Assembly: GCA_965263355.1 (NCBI GenBank)
Contig: CBDHHL010000056.1
Coordinates: 2,400,001 to 2,464,000 of the forward strand
Reading direction: 5' to 3'
Length of the DNA: 64,000 nt
Origin: Leptolyngbyaceae cyanobacterium
GTDB lineage: Bacteria > Cyanobacteriota > Cyanobacteriia > Phormidesmidales > Phormidesmidaceae
A model generated the notes under the pieces. That model had not been told where the DNA came from, ran no database searches, and saw only the letters and a program-made list of their open reading frames with translations. Every line of letters starts with the position of its first letter. Positions within the stretch are counted from its first letter, which is position 1. Both the position numbers and the translations under genes were made by a program. Below are positions 19,915-29,944 of the stretch, one piece after another.

Positions 19915-20743
19915 AGACTGTACTAGGAATCGTCACATCCAACTCAAACGGCAGGGTTTCCCACTCTTCATCTTCTGGCCAGATCAGCTCACCAGTCAGC
20001 TGATATTGGCCGGATGATAGTGTTGAAAATGTATCATCCAAGGAGCCTAGGGGGAGATGTCGAGACCCTTCTGCGATCACCGAAAACGGCTCAGTTTCAC
20101 CAGCGGCCACTTCTGCACCAGACTGTTTTAGCTGCCAGCTCACACTGGGACGACTTGATGCAGGACCAGAGTTGTTAACCAACAACTCTAACTGATTGTC
20201 TTCGACATCTACAAATGCCCTATCAACAGTTAACTCAGGAGCCAGATCTCCATGGCGTACATAAATGGTGGAACCAACTCGTGTCTTTAGCACAACACGA
20301 ACGCCTTCTTCATTGATTGACTCAACTAAATTTTCAGTAAAGAGTATACCTCGATATTCACCCTCTGCCAGACTGGGAGGGAGCTGGGCCACAAATCGAA
20401 TTTTTCGCGAACCAGCAACAGGTACCTCTAGCTCAATGGGAGAAAATCGTAGATAGGAGGTTAAATCATTGGGAGATGTCTCCAATGATTGAAACCCGTC
20501 TTCTTGATCGTAGGTAAAGGGCTCCATATAGACTCTGGCACGGAAAACCTCATCCGTCTCGTTAGTAACGGTAATCACTCCCTGAGCCCGCCCACGCTCA
20601 GCTTCTACTTCAATCACTAAGGGAGAAATCCCTACTTGTGCTGAAGCGGTCCCTACCCATAGGGCAGAAAATCCAAGCCCAAGGCCCAATATTTTTACTG
20701 TTGATAGACAACGCCAAAAAGGGAACTGCTTTATACCAAACAT
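19901..20743 (-). CDS. PapD-like periplasmic pilus chaperone
   Basis: Signal peptide (ASA), VGISPLVI, ITVTN, FSPIELEV...SRKIRF, GEYRGILFTE, NNSG in the second domain. Confidence 0.85.
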   Translation of the reverse strand: MFGIKQFPFWRCLSTVKILGLGLGFSALWVGTASAQVGISPLVIEVEAERGRAQGVITVTNETDEVFRARVYMEPFTYDQEDGFQSLETSPNDLTSYLRFSPIELEVPVAGSRKIRFVAQLPPSLAEGEYRGILFTENLVESINEEGVRVVLKTRVGSTIYVRHGDLAPELTVDRAFVDVEDNQLELLVNNSGPASSRPSVSWQLKQSGAEVAAGETEPFSVIAEGSRHLPLGSLDDTFSTLSSGQYQLTGELIWPEDEEWETLPFELDVTIPSTVSSVQ

Positions 20744-21274
20744 GACATCAACGCCTAACTAAGACTGTTTTGATAAACAACATCTCATCAGCTAACGATA
20801 AAAGGGCAGAGATTCTTCGCTATAAATGAATCAATTACCTTACAGCCTCAAAGAGTCGATTAATGTAATGGCCATTTTTTGACCTATAGCTTTTGATGAA
20901 CAGAGATCAAAGCCACTAAAAGTATGAATATGATTTTTTTCACAGTCCTCTGAAGAAAAAACAAACCTATCAGAAACTGGATATTTAAAGCCGTCATCTA
21001 CTTCTAGATAAACCCTGATAAAGCTCATTCAATATATTGCCATTAACAAAATGGTAGATACAAACCTGTATAATGAATCATTAAGTAGAAAAAGTCACTG
21101 TCTAACAATCATAGGAAAGAATGAGAATTCGATAGTTTACTTATAGTCAGGAATTCTATCTTTCCCACCACATTCCCTATGATTATTAGAGGTAAACAAA
21201 CCAGTTTTTGCTATTGCAAAACTCTGGCAAATCAACTTATCCTATTGCACCTAATGAGATACATTTAGTTTCTC

Positions 21275-21736
21275 TTAGGAAGGAGTTGCGGTAACTGTTA
21301 CTTCGAACTCATAATCAGCAGCGGGAAGAAGCGCTCCACCTTGATCGACCTTAAGATCAACCTCAATTACTTCATCCACAACTGGATCAGGATAGCTAAT
21401 AGGACCAGTACCATCATTGAGCCAAGTCATAGTATTGAATGGATTGAGAGATGGGCCAGCTTTTTTAGTAACAGCAGTCACATCTACTTCAGAAGCACTA
21501 TTACAGGTCAATTCAACAGAGCCTGAGTTACCACCAGGAGCCTTGCTAGAGAGGGCGGTAGCAGGTGTACCAATAGTTCCTAAGGTACCTGGCAGGACGT
21601 TGTCAAGCTCACAAAAGGCAGGAACAGTACCAGTAAATGGAACGTTTGCTGTTGCAGGATCTGCTTTGGCTGTAGGAGCAAGAATTACACTACTTCCAAT
21701 GGCTAAAACAGATGCTAATGCTAAATGCCGAATCAT
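21275..21736 (-). CDS. Probable major pilin subunit (Csu / spore-coat-U-like)
   Basis: Strong GGAGG RBS, signal peptide (AKA), alternating N-terminal strand ATANVPFTGTV, Cys pair (FC...LTCN), C-terminal PAADYEFEVTVT. Confidence 0.75.
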   Translation of the reverse strand: MIRHLALASVLAIGSSVILAPTAKADPATANVPFTGTVPAFCELDNVLPGTLGTIGTPATALSSKAPGGNSGSVELTCNSASEVDVTAVTKKAGPSLNPFNTMTWLNDGTGPISYPDPVVDEVIEVDLKVDQGGALLPAADYEFEVTVTATPS

Positions 21737-22131
21737 AATAATCCTCCAAGGAATCGAAAAACGTTTTAACTGATTTAAACCTCTAAAAAAGAATCTATTT
21801 AATAGGCAAACAGATATTTTTTAAAGGTCTGGTAAAGACTACTTAATAGACAGTCATTCTCCGGAAAAACACAGGGACTAAAATATTAAGAAAAATATTT
21901 TAGCCCCTAATCTTAAAACCCTATTTATTGACAGCAAAAATCACGACTAAAACCCTTAAAGCCGTAATAAAACAAAAATTTTAGAGCCATAAAATAGCTC
22001 AAAAAAAGCTTTATAAAGAAATCAATACCTATTAAATTCACTCACTAAAGCCGTGTTTTTAATAGGTTTTATCTCTTGTTTTTTGATCAATATTGCTATC
22101 TAAGGTTTAACTGTTCCAGAGACACCGCTGT

Positions 22132-22220
22132 CTGAGCGAAGTCGTTCGCGAAGCGTCTCCTTCGGAGTTAACCAATATACCCCAACCAGCGTCCCCTTCG
22201 ACGCCGCTCAGGGGACGCTG
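22132..22220. repeat. Composite REP-like element (CTTCGACnnCGCTCAG family plus a GCGAAGCGTCTCC small repeat)
   Basis: ctgagcgaagtcg at 22132; 11-bp stem cagcgtcccct-tcgacgccgctc-aggggacgctg at 22187-22220. Confidence 0.7.
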
Positions 22221-22223
22221 ACT

Positions 22224-22808
22224 CTAAGGTGCAACTGTAAGGGTCACTTTATAGGTGTAGGTTCCTGGTGGAAATCCTAACCGCAAATCCTGTGCAGTGA
22301 CGCGCATATCCACCTCTAGAGGAAGCTCGACGCCACGGGGAATAGGCAACGGCGATGCATTTGCACTGGTATTTCCCACAGGGGAGTCAACAAAGGCCTC
22401 AGCCAGGGATACCACCACATTGGGGCCGCCAGTTTGTACCGGCTCATTAACCACTAGCTGGGTATCACCATTGCACGTTAGATTAACCTGTCCAGGCAGT
22501 CCTCCTGACGCCAGACTGCTGAGTTTCTCAGCAATGGGTGACCCTACGGGCACAAGGCGACCAGGATCAGGGGTGTCAAACACACAGGCCAGGTCAACAA
22601 CACCCGTAAAGGGTACATCTACCGACGACGAGGCATTCGGAGCGGTAGAGCTGAAGGGTCTGTCAGCCGTGGTGTTATTAGTACTTGGAGTACTTACCTG
22701 TGCTAGCGCACTGGTAGAAAATGTCGTTGTCAACAGCAGTAGTGACGACGCTCCTAAGAAACTTTTTATCAGTGCTGGGATTGTTAGACAATGCGGTTGG
22801 CTAGTCAT
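22224..22808 (-). CDS. Pilin subunit paralog with a Ser/Thr-rich N-terminal extension
   Basis: VDVPFTGVVDLAC...LSS...GG.PGQVNLTCN...GGP...LEVDMRV...FPPGTYTYKVTLTVAP aligns along its length with 21275..21736. Confidence 0.78.
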   Translation of the reverse strand: MTSQPHCLTIPALIKSFLGASSLLLLTTTFSTSALAQVSTPSTNNTTADRPFSSTAPNASSSVDVPFTGVVDLACVFDTPDPGRLVPVGSPIAEKLSSLASGGLPGQVNLTCNGDTQLVVNEPVQTGGPNVVVSLAEAFVDSPVGNTSANASPLPIPRGVELPLEVDMRVTAQDLRLGFPPGTYTYKVTLTVAP

Positions 22809-23105
22809 ACAAACTCTTTCCTATTTTCTAAACTGTTGCGTAGCATGCTCTACTACTCAGCACATTCCAGGTAATGGATAGTCTCTGTAGTACACAAAAA
22901 TGCAGCTGAGCCCAGAGCACTACTGCCCCTGATTAAAGCCATCATCAGATGAACATGTGTGAATGGTTAGCCTACAGTTATGCAAATGTTGAAGCCATTA
23001 GCATCAATGCCAATACCATTGGCAGATGATTGACACCCCAAAAAGCTAAATTGAATGGCCCCTGCTAAGGACAATTAAAAACTTGTGCGACTCCGAGTAA
23101 GCCCT

Positions 23106-23519
23106 TTAATCTGTCAACACAGTAAACCTGTAGCGATAGTCACCCGCTGGAAAATCAACAGGTCGCCTGACTCGGATATCGACTTCGACCTGGGTGAACC
23201 CAGGCGGCAACGCTAAACGATCACCACTACTGCCTCGGCGACCGGCTGCGTTCACTTCTATATCATGATTTGTGCCCGCAGGATCAGGTGCTGGCCCAGA
23301 GGCCATGCTGGCCGAAAGTACCTGCAAGTTAATCGGCTCATCACTCCAAATTTCAAGGACAGCGGGGGCTGCTGTCTCCAAGACCTGTGGGTCGTAGGGA
23401 TCAATCTCTAAAAGGCCGCTATTAATCACCCGAATCGTAGATTCTGCATAGGCTGGAGAGAGTATGCCTAAGACGGGGGCGAAAAGTACGACCGCCAAGG
23501 GGAACACAAGGCGTAACAT
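23106..23519 (-). CDS. Divergent pilin paralog lacking the N-terminal strand and cysteines
   Basis: GAGGAG RBS, signal peptide (AYA). SGP...VEVDIRV...FPAGDYRYRFTV matches the C-terminus of the other subunits. Confidence 0.7.
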   Translation of the reverse strand: MLRLVFPLAVVLFAPVLGILSPAYAESTIRVINSGLLEIDPYDPQVLETAAPAVLEIWSDEPINLQVLSASMASGPAPDPAGTNHDIEVNAAGRRGSSGDRLALPPGFTQVEVDIRVRRPVDFPAGDYRYRFTVLTD

Positions 23520-23939
23520 GTTAACTCCTCAGGGAACATCGCTAACGGAATCAGACGTTAAGCAGTATCGCCAGAATTGAAGCGCCTACTCTGAAAACGA
23601 CCACAATAGATGAGTGTCGTACGTCAGTTAGTACTTCAAAGCCAATGATTTAGATTTTTAGCCGCCATCTGATGTTTTCCGCATATTTCGAAACGGACCA
23701 GTGAAAATAAGTGCTCGCTACTTCAGTAATACTTGACTGAGATCACACATCAGGAATTCTACCTAAACTTAACATTTAATAATGGTAGCTTGATGATGCC
23801 TGAGTAAAGTTACTACTACACCCAAACTGGTCGATGCTTTGCCCATGAGACATAGGAAACAGAGGACAGTCAAACTGACGCTGACCATCTCCAAGAATAG
23901 ATTATAGTATGTCGTACCACACACTTTAAGTTGAGAAAA

Positions 23940-24143
23940 TTAACTACAGGTTGAAGTATTACGAAACTTTGGCAAGGAGAATGAGGCCACAACCACTCCC
24001 AGGAGTTGACCTTCTTCTAAGATCCATCGAGCAATTGGCTGAGGAGTCTCAGCTTGGGCAGCCTGACACATTGAAGACAAAACTTCCATGACATCAGGCG
24101 GATGACTGTTAGTAGATTGAATCACCGGGATAGTGGAGAGCAT
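23940..24143 (-). CDS. Small hypothetical protein (PIARWILEEGQL)
   Basis: 67-aa ORF in the orientation of the locus. The C-terminus may be frameshifted. Confidence 0.45.
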   Translation of the reverse strand: MLSTIPVIQSTNSHPPDVMEVLSSMCQAAQAETPQPIARWILEEGQLLGVVVASFSLPKFRNTSTCS

Positions 24144-24264
24144 AATCTGTTCTTTTTGTGTTTTTGTGCAACTAAAAGCGCTGACTGTATTTGTTCCAAG
24201 TTAAGGAAACACTTTTAGCTTAAACCCTTACAGATTGCTCTTGGTGATCATTATGGCTAAACGT

Positions 24265-24280
24265 TGTGTTTTATGTCACA
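24265..24280. promoter_or_regulatory. CRP-like site TGTGT-N6-TCACA
   Basis: 9/10 match to TGTGA-N6-TCACA, intergenic, upstream of the minus-strand genes. Confidence 0.4.
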
Positions 24281-24394
24281 TAGCCACTGTGAGAAATTTA
24301 TTTAATGAATCTGCATATCGACTGAAGCTCAATACCTCCAGCCGATATACGGTTATCCATAGGGGTGTAAATTTGGGCACATGATTGCACGTTT

Positions 24395-25072
24395 CTACAC
24401 TAAATGCCGACAGCGACACTCAATATTGCACTTACGAAAAATATTTTTCATATGCTTTTTAACCGTATTTAGCGCAATCACTAACTGCTCACCGACCTGC
24501 CGATAGGAAAGCCCCTGCAGATAAAGCTCCCAAACTTCAGCTTCCCGCTCGGTCAGCTCATAACGATAGGCATCTGCCATGGCCCGGTGATGGGCAATCT
24601 GGGTTAAATCTTCAATCGTGACCAGAATGCATTTTGTCGGCTGATCTGCCCAATCAATCCATTCCACATTGAGATACAGACGAATACCCCCTGGCAGAAA
24701 CGCTGTGTCATAAAGCTGCAGCGTATATTCAGGAAAGTCTTCACAGCTTTCCATCAGGAAATTACGGAGTGTCGTCACCTGCTCAGGTATACCTGTTACT
24801 GACTGATAATCAACAGCACCAAACGCCTGACCTTTGACACCTTTGCGCAAGAGCATACAAAATTCATCGGCCCTAGTCGTACTTTGGAGTAAATTGCCAG
24901 CTTGATCAAATAGGATGAAACCGCGAAATGGAAACAACTGTCCTAGCAACGTTTCAAAAATCAAGTCCAGATTATCTGTGCTGGACTTGACCTCGTTTAT
25001 GCTGTGAACAGATTGGAACACCTCATCCATAGGGGTTGGGAGGTTACTTACGCTTGCGGTACTTAGCACCAT
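24395..25072 (-). CDS. LuxR-family HTH transcriptional regulator with a PAS-like N-terminal region
   Basis: LTEREAEVWELYLQGLSYRQVGEQLVIALNTVKKHMKNIFRK; GFILFDQAGNLL...ILVTIED. Confidence 0.92.
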   Translation of the reverse strand: MVLSTASVSNLPTPMDEVFQSVHSINEVKSSTDNLDLIFETLLGQLFPFRGFILFDQAGNLLQSTTRADEFCMLLRKGVKGQAFGAVDYQSVTGIPEQVTTLRNFLMESCEDFPEYTLQLYDTAFLPGGIRLYLNVEWIDWADQPTKCILVTIEDLTQIAHHRAMADAYRYELTEREAEVWELYLQGLSYRQVGEQLVIALNTVKKHMKNIFRKCNIECRCRHLV

Positions 25073-25352
25073 AGTTCTGTTTGCGAAATGGGGAACAAGC
25101 GATCAGCCGTAGTCAATATCTGAATGTCTAGAGGGCAAACTTCAAGTTTGATTGGTTTGACTGATCACACTCCTAACCTACGCAATGTGGCTGAACAGCG
25201 GCGACGAGAGGACTGTAGCGATCGCAATCTGACAGCAGCTACGGTTAAGACCATGGTTGCAGCCCAAGCATAACGTGGCACCCAATAGGGGCATGAGCTA
25301 GGATCAAGCAGGGTGAAGCAGGGGTGAAGCAAAATCATTGCCCCCATAGTTC

Positions 25353-26426
25353 ATGGCATACAGGAGAGGCATTCCCATGAATCCAGGGCTAAAACCAGCG
25401 GATGTTGAGGCGTGGTTTCCATTAGATGTACAAACTAAATACATCGAGCATATTGTGCATCAGCCAGGTTTAAAGATAACCCTCAGACAAGCGACCTATT
25501 TTGTCCGACTGTGGGGCTATGGCTATCTGATGCAGCATGGAATGGACCATGCACCGATCAGTACCCTCAAGCGACAGATCAGTAGCTTTTACTGCTCCCA
25601 CAGCGATGCAGCTGACTTATTTTATACACAGACCCAGGGTACACCACGGGCAGCCGGTCAGATGTTGGACAAGCTAGCCTCTAAAAACTTACTTAAACGA
25701 GGTGAAGCCGATGGTGTGGCCACCCGGCTCAGCTTAAATATTCCCCATGGGTTTGAGCTACCCGAAACAGAGAATGATGATACGTTCTATGCCGATGGTT
25801 TTGACCCTCGTAACGATGCCACCCTAGTCGCTAACATTTTAGAAAAGGTTTATAGCTACGACCCTGAACGACCGGAATCAATGCTCCACAGTATTAAGCG
25901 AGGACTCCGACAATGGGCACGACAATATTCTGAGGGTCTAAGGGTATTACGACGAACATCTACTAGAGAACCGGTTGGATTCGCTGCATTTTTGCCCGCT
26001 CACCCTGACTCAGAAGAGAAATTTGATCTCTCTCCTAGCCTAAGTTTACACCTTAGTCGGTTTGATGAGAGAGAAGAAGATCCGATCAAAATCGCAACCA
26101 AAGGAGAGCCTGATTGTTACACAGTTTTTGTGCGCAGCTGGCAAATTCAGCCCAATATTTGGACCTATGAAAACGCCTGTGAGTTGATCAAAGACTCTCA
26201 GATAACGTTGAACAAAATGCGAGACGATTTCCCCAATCTCAGTGATATTTACACCATCGCCATTCATCCCCGCTCAGAAGACTTTGCCCTATCTCTCGGC
26301 TTTCGAATGACTAAGGCAGATCCTCATTCTTCATTACGCTGGCTTTATATGCCCCTCGACCGATTTCTTGAGCTAGATTATGAGGACGTATTACTAAACT
26401 TTGATTACAGCCATCGCTACAATTAA
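25353..26426 (+). CDS. Hypothetical protein (putative winged-helix N-terminal domain plus GNAT-like C-terminal domain)
   Basis: SHSDAADLFY...RAAGQMLDKLASKNLLKR; LRVLRR...EPVGFAAFLP...VFVRSWQI...FALSLGFR. The start may be 25377. Confidence 0.8.
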   Translation: MAYRRGIPMNPGLKPADVEAWFPLDVQTKYIEHIVHQPGLKITLRQATYFVRLWGYGYLMQHGMDHAPISTLKRQISSFYCSHSDAADLFYTQTQGTPRAAGQMLDKLASKNLLKRGEADGVATRLSLNIPHGFELPETENDDTFYADGFDPRNDATLVANILEKVYSYDPERPESMLHSIKRGLRQWARQYSEGLRVLRRTSTREPVGFAAFLPAHPDSEEKFDLSPSLSLHLSRFDEREEDPIKIATKGEPDCYTVFVRSWQIQPNIWTYENACELIKDSQITLNKMRDDFPNLSDIYTIAIHPRSEDFALSLGFRMTKADPHSSLRWLYMPLDRFLELDYEDVLLNFDYSHRYN

Positions 26427-26533
26427 ACGAGTTCCCTACCTGAGGTGCGGTTTTAAGGTGGTTTACCACACATTCCAAGCCAGAATAGCTCCTTTAAAGT
26501 GGAGTGGAGCAATTCTTATGTACGTAAGCATCC

Positions 26534-26761
26534 ATGAGCCGATCTAATCCACAACCGCCTCGCCCCGTGTTGGCTAGCCAGGTTAAGTCTCAGAAAACCA
26601 CAGGTAAGTTCAAAACTTTTCGTCCCGTGCCTTACCACATCGTCCTTAGTCAAGCAGCACGATTAGAAGCATGGACTCAAGAGGTGGAAGCGTTTAGCAG
26701 CCCGGCAGAAGCAATAGATAGCAACGACTTTGATCCCAAGTTGATGGATCGATACGAATAA
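26534..26761 (+). CDS. Small hypothetical protein (KTFRPVPYH motif)
   Basis: 75-aa ORF downstream of, and co-oriented with, 25353..26426. Confidence 0.65.
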   Translation: MSRSNPQPPRPVLASQVKSQKTTGKFKTFRPVPYHIVLSQAARLEAWTQEVEAFSSPAEAIDSNDFDPKLMDRYE

Positions 26762-27041
26762 TTACCATAGTTTGTCAAGAAATATCTCTTGAAGTAATTA
26801 TTCTTGAGCCAAAGCTGCTAGAAATTTATCCACTGCGTCAAACTAATCGCGATAGGTAACGAACACGTTTGGCACGTAGATAGGCTTCCAATAACATCAC
26901 GTTAGTGATATCTACTTGGTGCCGTTGTCCTTAGGGATTGCCCCTACGGACTGATGCATTGCCCTCAGATTTAGGAACAGACAGCAAAGCCATGCTAATT
27001 CTAGCTCTGCTGCCTGCTTGAGTGTGGTTTAGCGTTGTGGT

Positions 27042-29027
27042 TTATGATTCAGAGCGCAGCTTTTCTAGAACACTCTGGTCTTCCATGGTGGTGGCATCGC
27101 CGACGAGTTCTTCACCGCTGGCCAGGTTACGGAGAAAGCGACGAATGATTTTGCCGGAGCGGGTCTTGGGCAGACCGTCAGCAAAGCGGATTTCGCCGGG
27201 GCGTGCGATCGCACCAATCTCCTTAACCACATGCTGCTTTAGCTCAGCCTTCAGCTCATCGCTAGGACTGTGGGTGCCTTCTAGAATCACAAAGGCAAAC
27301 ACATCTTCACCCTTAATCTCATCCTTACGACCCACCACAGCCGCTTCGGCCACGGCGGGGTGAGACACCAGGGCTGACTCAATTTCCATGGTGCCTAGAC
27401 GGTGACCCGACACATTGAGCACGTCATCGGTACGACCCATGATCCAGAAGTAGCCGTCTTCGTCTTTACGGGCACCATCACCGGCAAAGTAAACATACTT
27501 ACCATCCTTAGGGGGAATATGCTCCCAGTAGGTGCGGCGGAACCGAGCGTCATCGCCGTAGACGGTGCGCATCATGCTGGGCCAGGGGTGCTGAATCACC
27601 AGGTAGCCCCCTTCATTCGTACCAACAGGGTTACCTTCAGCATCAACGATTTCGGCCAGGATGCCGGGGAAGGGTTTTGTGGCTGAGCCGGGTTTGGTTG
27701 CGATCGCCCCTGGCAGCGGCGTAATCATAAAGCCACCCGTTTCCGTCTGCCACCAGGTATCGATGATCGGGCACTTCTCGCCACCAATCACTTTGTGGTA
27801 CCACATCCAGGCTTCTGGGTTAATGGGCTCACCAACGGTGCCCAAAATCCTTAAAGAAGACAGGTCACGGGCATTGGGGTGCTGATCCCCCATCTTGAGA
27901 AAAGCACGGATAGCCGTAGGCGCGGTATAGAAAATGGTGACTTTGTATTTCTGCACCACATCCCAGAAACAGCCAGGGTTAGATGCACGGGGAGCGCCCT
28001 CGTACATCACACTAGTGGCACCGTTAGACAAGGGTCCATACACAATGTAACTGTGGCCTGTAATCCAGCCGACATCTGCGGTACACCAGTAGACATCATC
28101 CTCTTTAATGTCAAAGGCCCACTTCAAGGTCATGTGGGTATATAGGTTATAGCCACCCGTGGTGTGTACCACACCTTTAGGCTTACCCGTGGTACCGCTG
28201 GTATAAAGAATAAACAGCAGGTCTTCACTATCCATGGGCTCAGCAGCACAATCAGTGGAAGCCCCTGGTTTGACATCATGCCACCAAACATCGCGACCGT
28301 CTGTCCAATCCACATCCTGCTTAGTGCGCTGAACCACTAGAACGTTGGTGACAGAGGGCACGGCCTTATTTGCTAGGGCATTGTCTACGGCAGGCTTGAG
28401 CGGCATGGCCTTATCTTTACGGAAACCACCGTCAGCGGTAATCACCACCTTCGCCTGAGCATCATTGAGGCGATCCCGCAATGCTTCAGCACTAAAGCCA
28501 CCAAAGACGACTGTATGGGCAGCACCGATGCGGGCACAGGCCAGCATAGCCACAGCGGCTTCAGGGATCATGGGCATGTAAATACCGATGCGATCGCCTT
28601 TAGCTACGCCCATATCCTTCAGCACATTCGCCATTTGACACACTTCACTATGCAGCTCAGCATAGGTCAGGGTACGAGAGTCACCGGGCTCACCTTCCCA
28701 AACCAGGGCAGGCTTATCTCGGCGATGGGTATCCAAGTGACGATCCAGGCAATTGTAGGAAATATTGATTTGGCCACCGACAAACCATTTGGCAAAAGGA
28801 GGCTGCCAATCGAGAACGGTATCCCACTTTTTGAACCAGTGAAGCTCTTGCTCAGCTAGCTCAGCCCAAAATGCAGCGGGATCAGCCGCCGCCTTATCGT
28901 AAAGAGCCTGATATTGATCAGCACCAGAAACAGTTGCTGCTGCCGCGAACTCAGCGGACGGCTCAAACAGTCGCTGCTCTTGCAGAATCGATTCGATTGC
29001 AGGCTGTGAGTTAGAGGATTGTGCCAT
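27042..29027 (-). CDS. acs: Acetyl-CoA synthetase (acetate--CoA ligase)
   Basis: [49 protein letters not shown]. Start set at MAQSS. Confidence 0.98.
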   Translation of the reverse strand: MAQSSNSQPAIESILQEQRLFEPSAEFAAAATVSGADQYQALYDKAAADPAAFWAELAEQELHWFKKWDTVLDWQPPFAKWFVGGQINISYNCLDRHLDTHRRDKPALVWEGEPGDSRTLTYAELHSEVCQMANVLKDMGVAKGDRIGIYMPMIPEAAVAMLACARIGAAHTVVFGGFSAEALRDRLNDAQAKVVITADGGFRKDKAMPLKPAVDNALANKAVPSVTNVLVVQRTKQDVDWTDGRDVWWHDVKPGASTDCAAEPMDSEDLLFILYTSGTTGKPKGVVHTTGGYNLYTHMTLKWAFDIKEDDVYWCTADVGWITGHSYIVYGPLSNGATSVMYEGAPRASNPGCFWDVVQKYKVTIFYTAPTAIRAFLKMGDQHPNARDLSSLRILGTVGEPINPEAWMWYHKVIGGEKCPIIDTWWQTETGGFMITPLPGAIATKPGSATKPFPGILAEIVDAEGNPVGTNEGGYLVIQHPWPSMMRTVYGDDARFRRTYWEHIPPKDGKYVYFAGDGARKDEDGYFWIMGRTDDVLNVSGHRLGTMEIESALVSHPAVAEAAVVGRKDEIKGEDVFAFVILEGTHSPSDELKAELKQHVVKEIGAIARPGEIRFADGLPKTRSGKIIRRFLRNLASGEELVGDATTMEDQSVLEKLRSES

Positions 29028-29535
29028 AGGTCGTCTTACTAGCGTTTCTATATGCGGTTTTTTGAAGGCTATAGGTTGCAGACGCAACTAAGCCAAAACC
29101 GTCTATGTTTCTCAATATTTTTTGACGTAATGGCACGCAGCAATCATTTTGGTTGGAAATTGTAAATGAAACCTTGTCCAAGTCCAGACCTGTAGTTTTG
29201 CCGTCGAGGAACCTCTAAGTTGAAACTTAGAGGTGGTTTAAGCATCATAAAGAGCGTTGAGCAGGAGTAGACCGATGGAAGCTCCGGACAGTAATCAAGA
29301 GGCAAAAAAGGTGATTTGATACCAAATTGTCTTGGCCTTTTTAGCAACACTTCTGTTGTCTATTAACGGATGTCAAAATCTACCACCATCAATCTATGAA
29401 ATCGCTAAATTATGGGAGACACTTAAAAAACCACACTGGATCAGTATCGGCACCTACATTGGCAATCCCAGTGCAGCCTATTATCTTCAATGATGGTAGC
29501 CTGCCAGCAACTAGATGCTTAGCTGACGCTTCAGA

Positions 29536-29562
29536 GTCGCCATGCGCCAGCCCTCATCACTG
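29536..29562 (+). promoter_or_regulatory. Near-match to the ECF-like motif: GTCGC-N17-CACTG
   Basis: GTCGC catgcgccagccctcat CACTG, 16 nt before the ATG at 29579. Shares CATCACT with copies 1 and 3. Confidence 0.45.
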
Positions 29563-29578
29563 AATAGAGGTAAAGACT

Positions 29579-29944
29579 ATGTCTGATGTTACGACCCTAC
29601 TCCAAAACTACAGTCGCGGTCAGAGAGATTTTTCTGGCTTATCTCTAGCTGATGTTAATCTCAGTCATGTGGATCTAAAAGGAGCAGATCTTAGCTACAG
29701 TGAACTGAGCAATGTGGATCTCAGGCAGGCGAACTTACGCGGTATTGACCTGAGCTATGCCAACCTCACTAAGGTTGATTTACAGGATGCAGATTTACGG
29801 GGTGCCATGCTAATCGGCACTGACCTACGTGAGGCTAGCTTAAAAAATGCCAATCTAAAGGACGCTGACTATATACCGGGAAGCACACAATTTCCTGAAA
29901 CGTTTGATCCTAGACAGGCTCAGATGTGCTCTGTTCAGACCTAG
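29579..29944 (+). CDS. Pentapeptide repeat protein
   Basis: LLQNYSRGQRDFSG leader, ADL repeats, TQFPETFDP tail, GAGG RBS. Confidence 0.92.
   Translation: MSDVTTLLQNYSRGQRDFSGLSLADVNLSHVDLKGADLSYSELSNVDLRQANLRGIDLSYANLTKVDLQDADLRGAMLIGTDLREASLKNANLKDADYIPGSTQFPETFDPRQAQMCSVQT

Noticed and set aside
20840..21028. 62-aa ORF between the pilin and chaperone genes
   Set aside because: AT-rich spacer, no RBS or signal peptide, no similarity to the subunits.
22297..22881. 194-aa plus-strand ORF (also 21417..21773)
   Set aside because: Antisense to pilin-like genes that have signal peptides and paralogous motifs.
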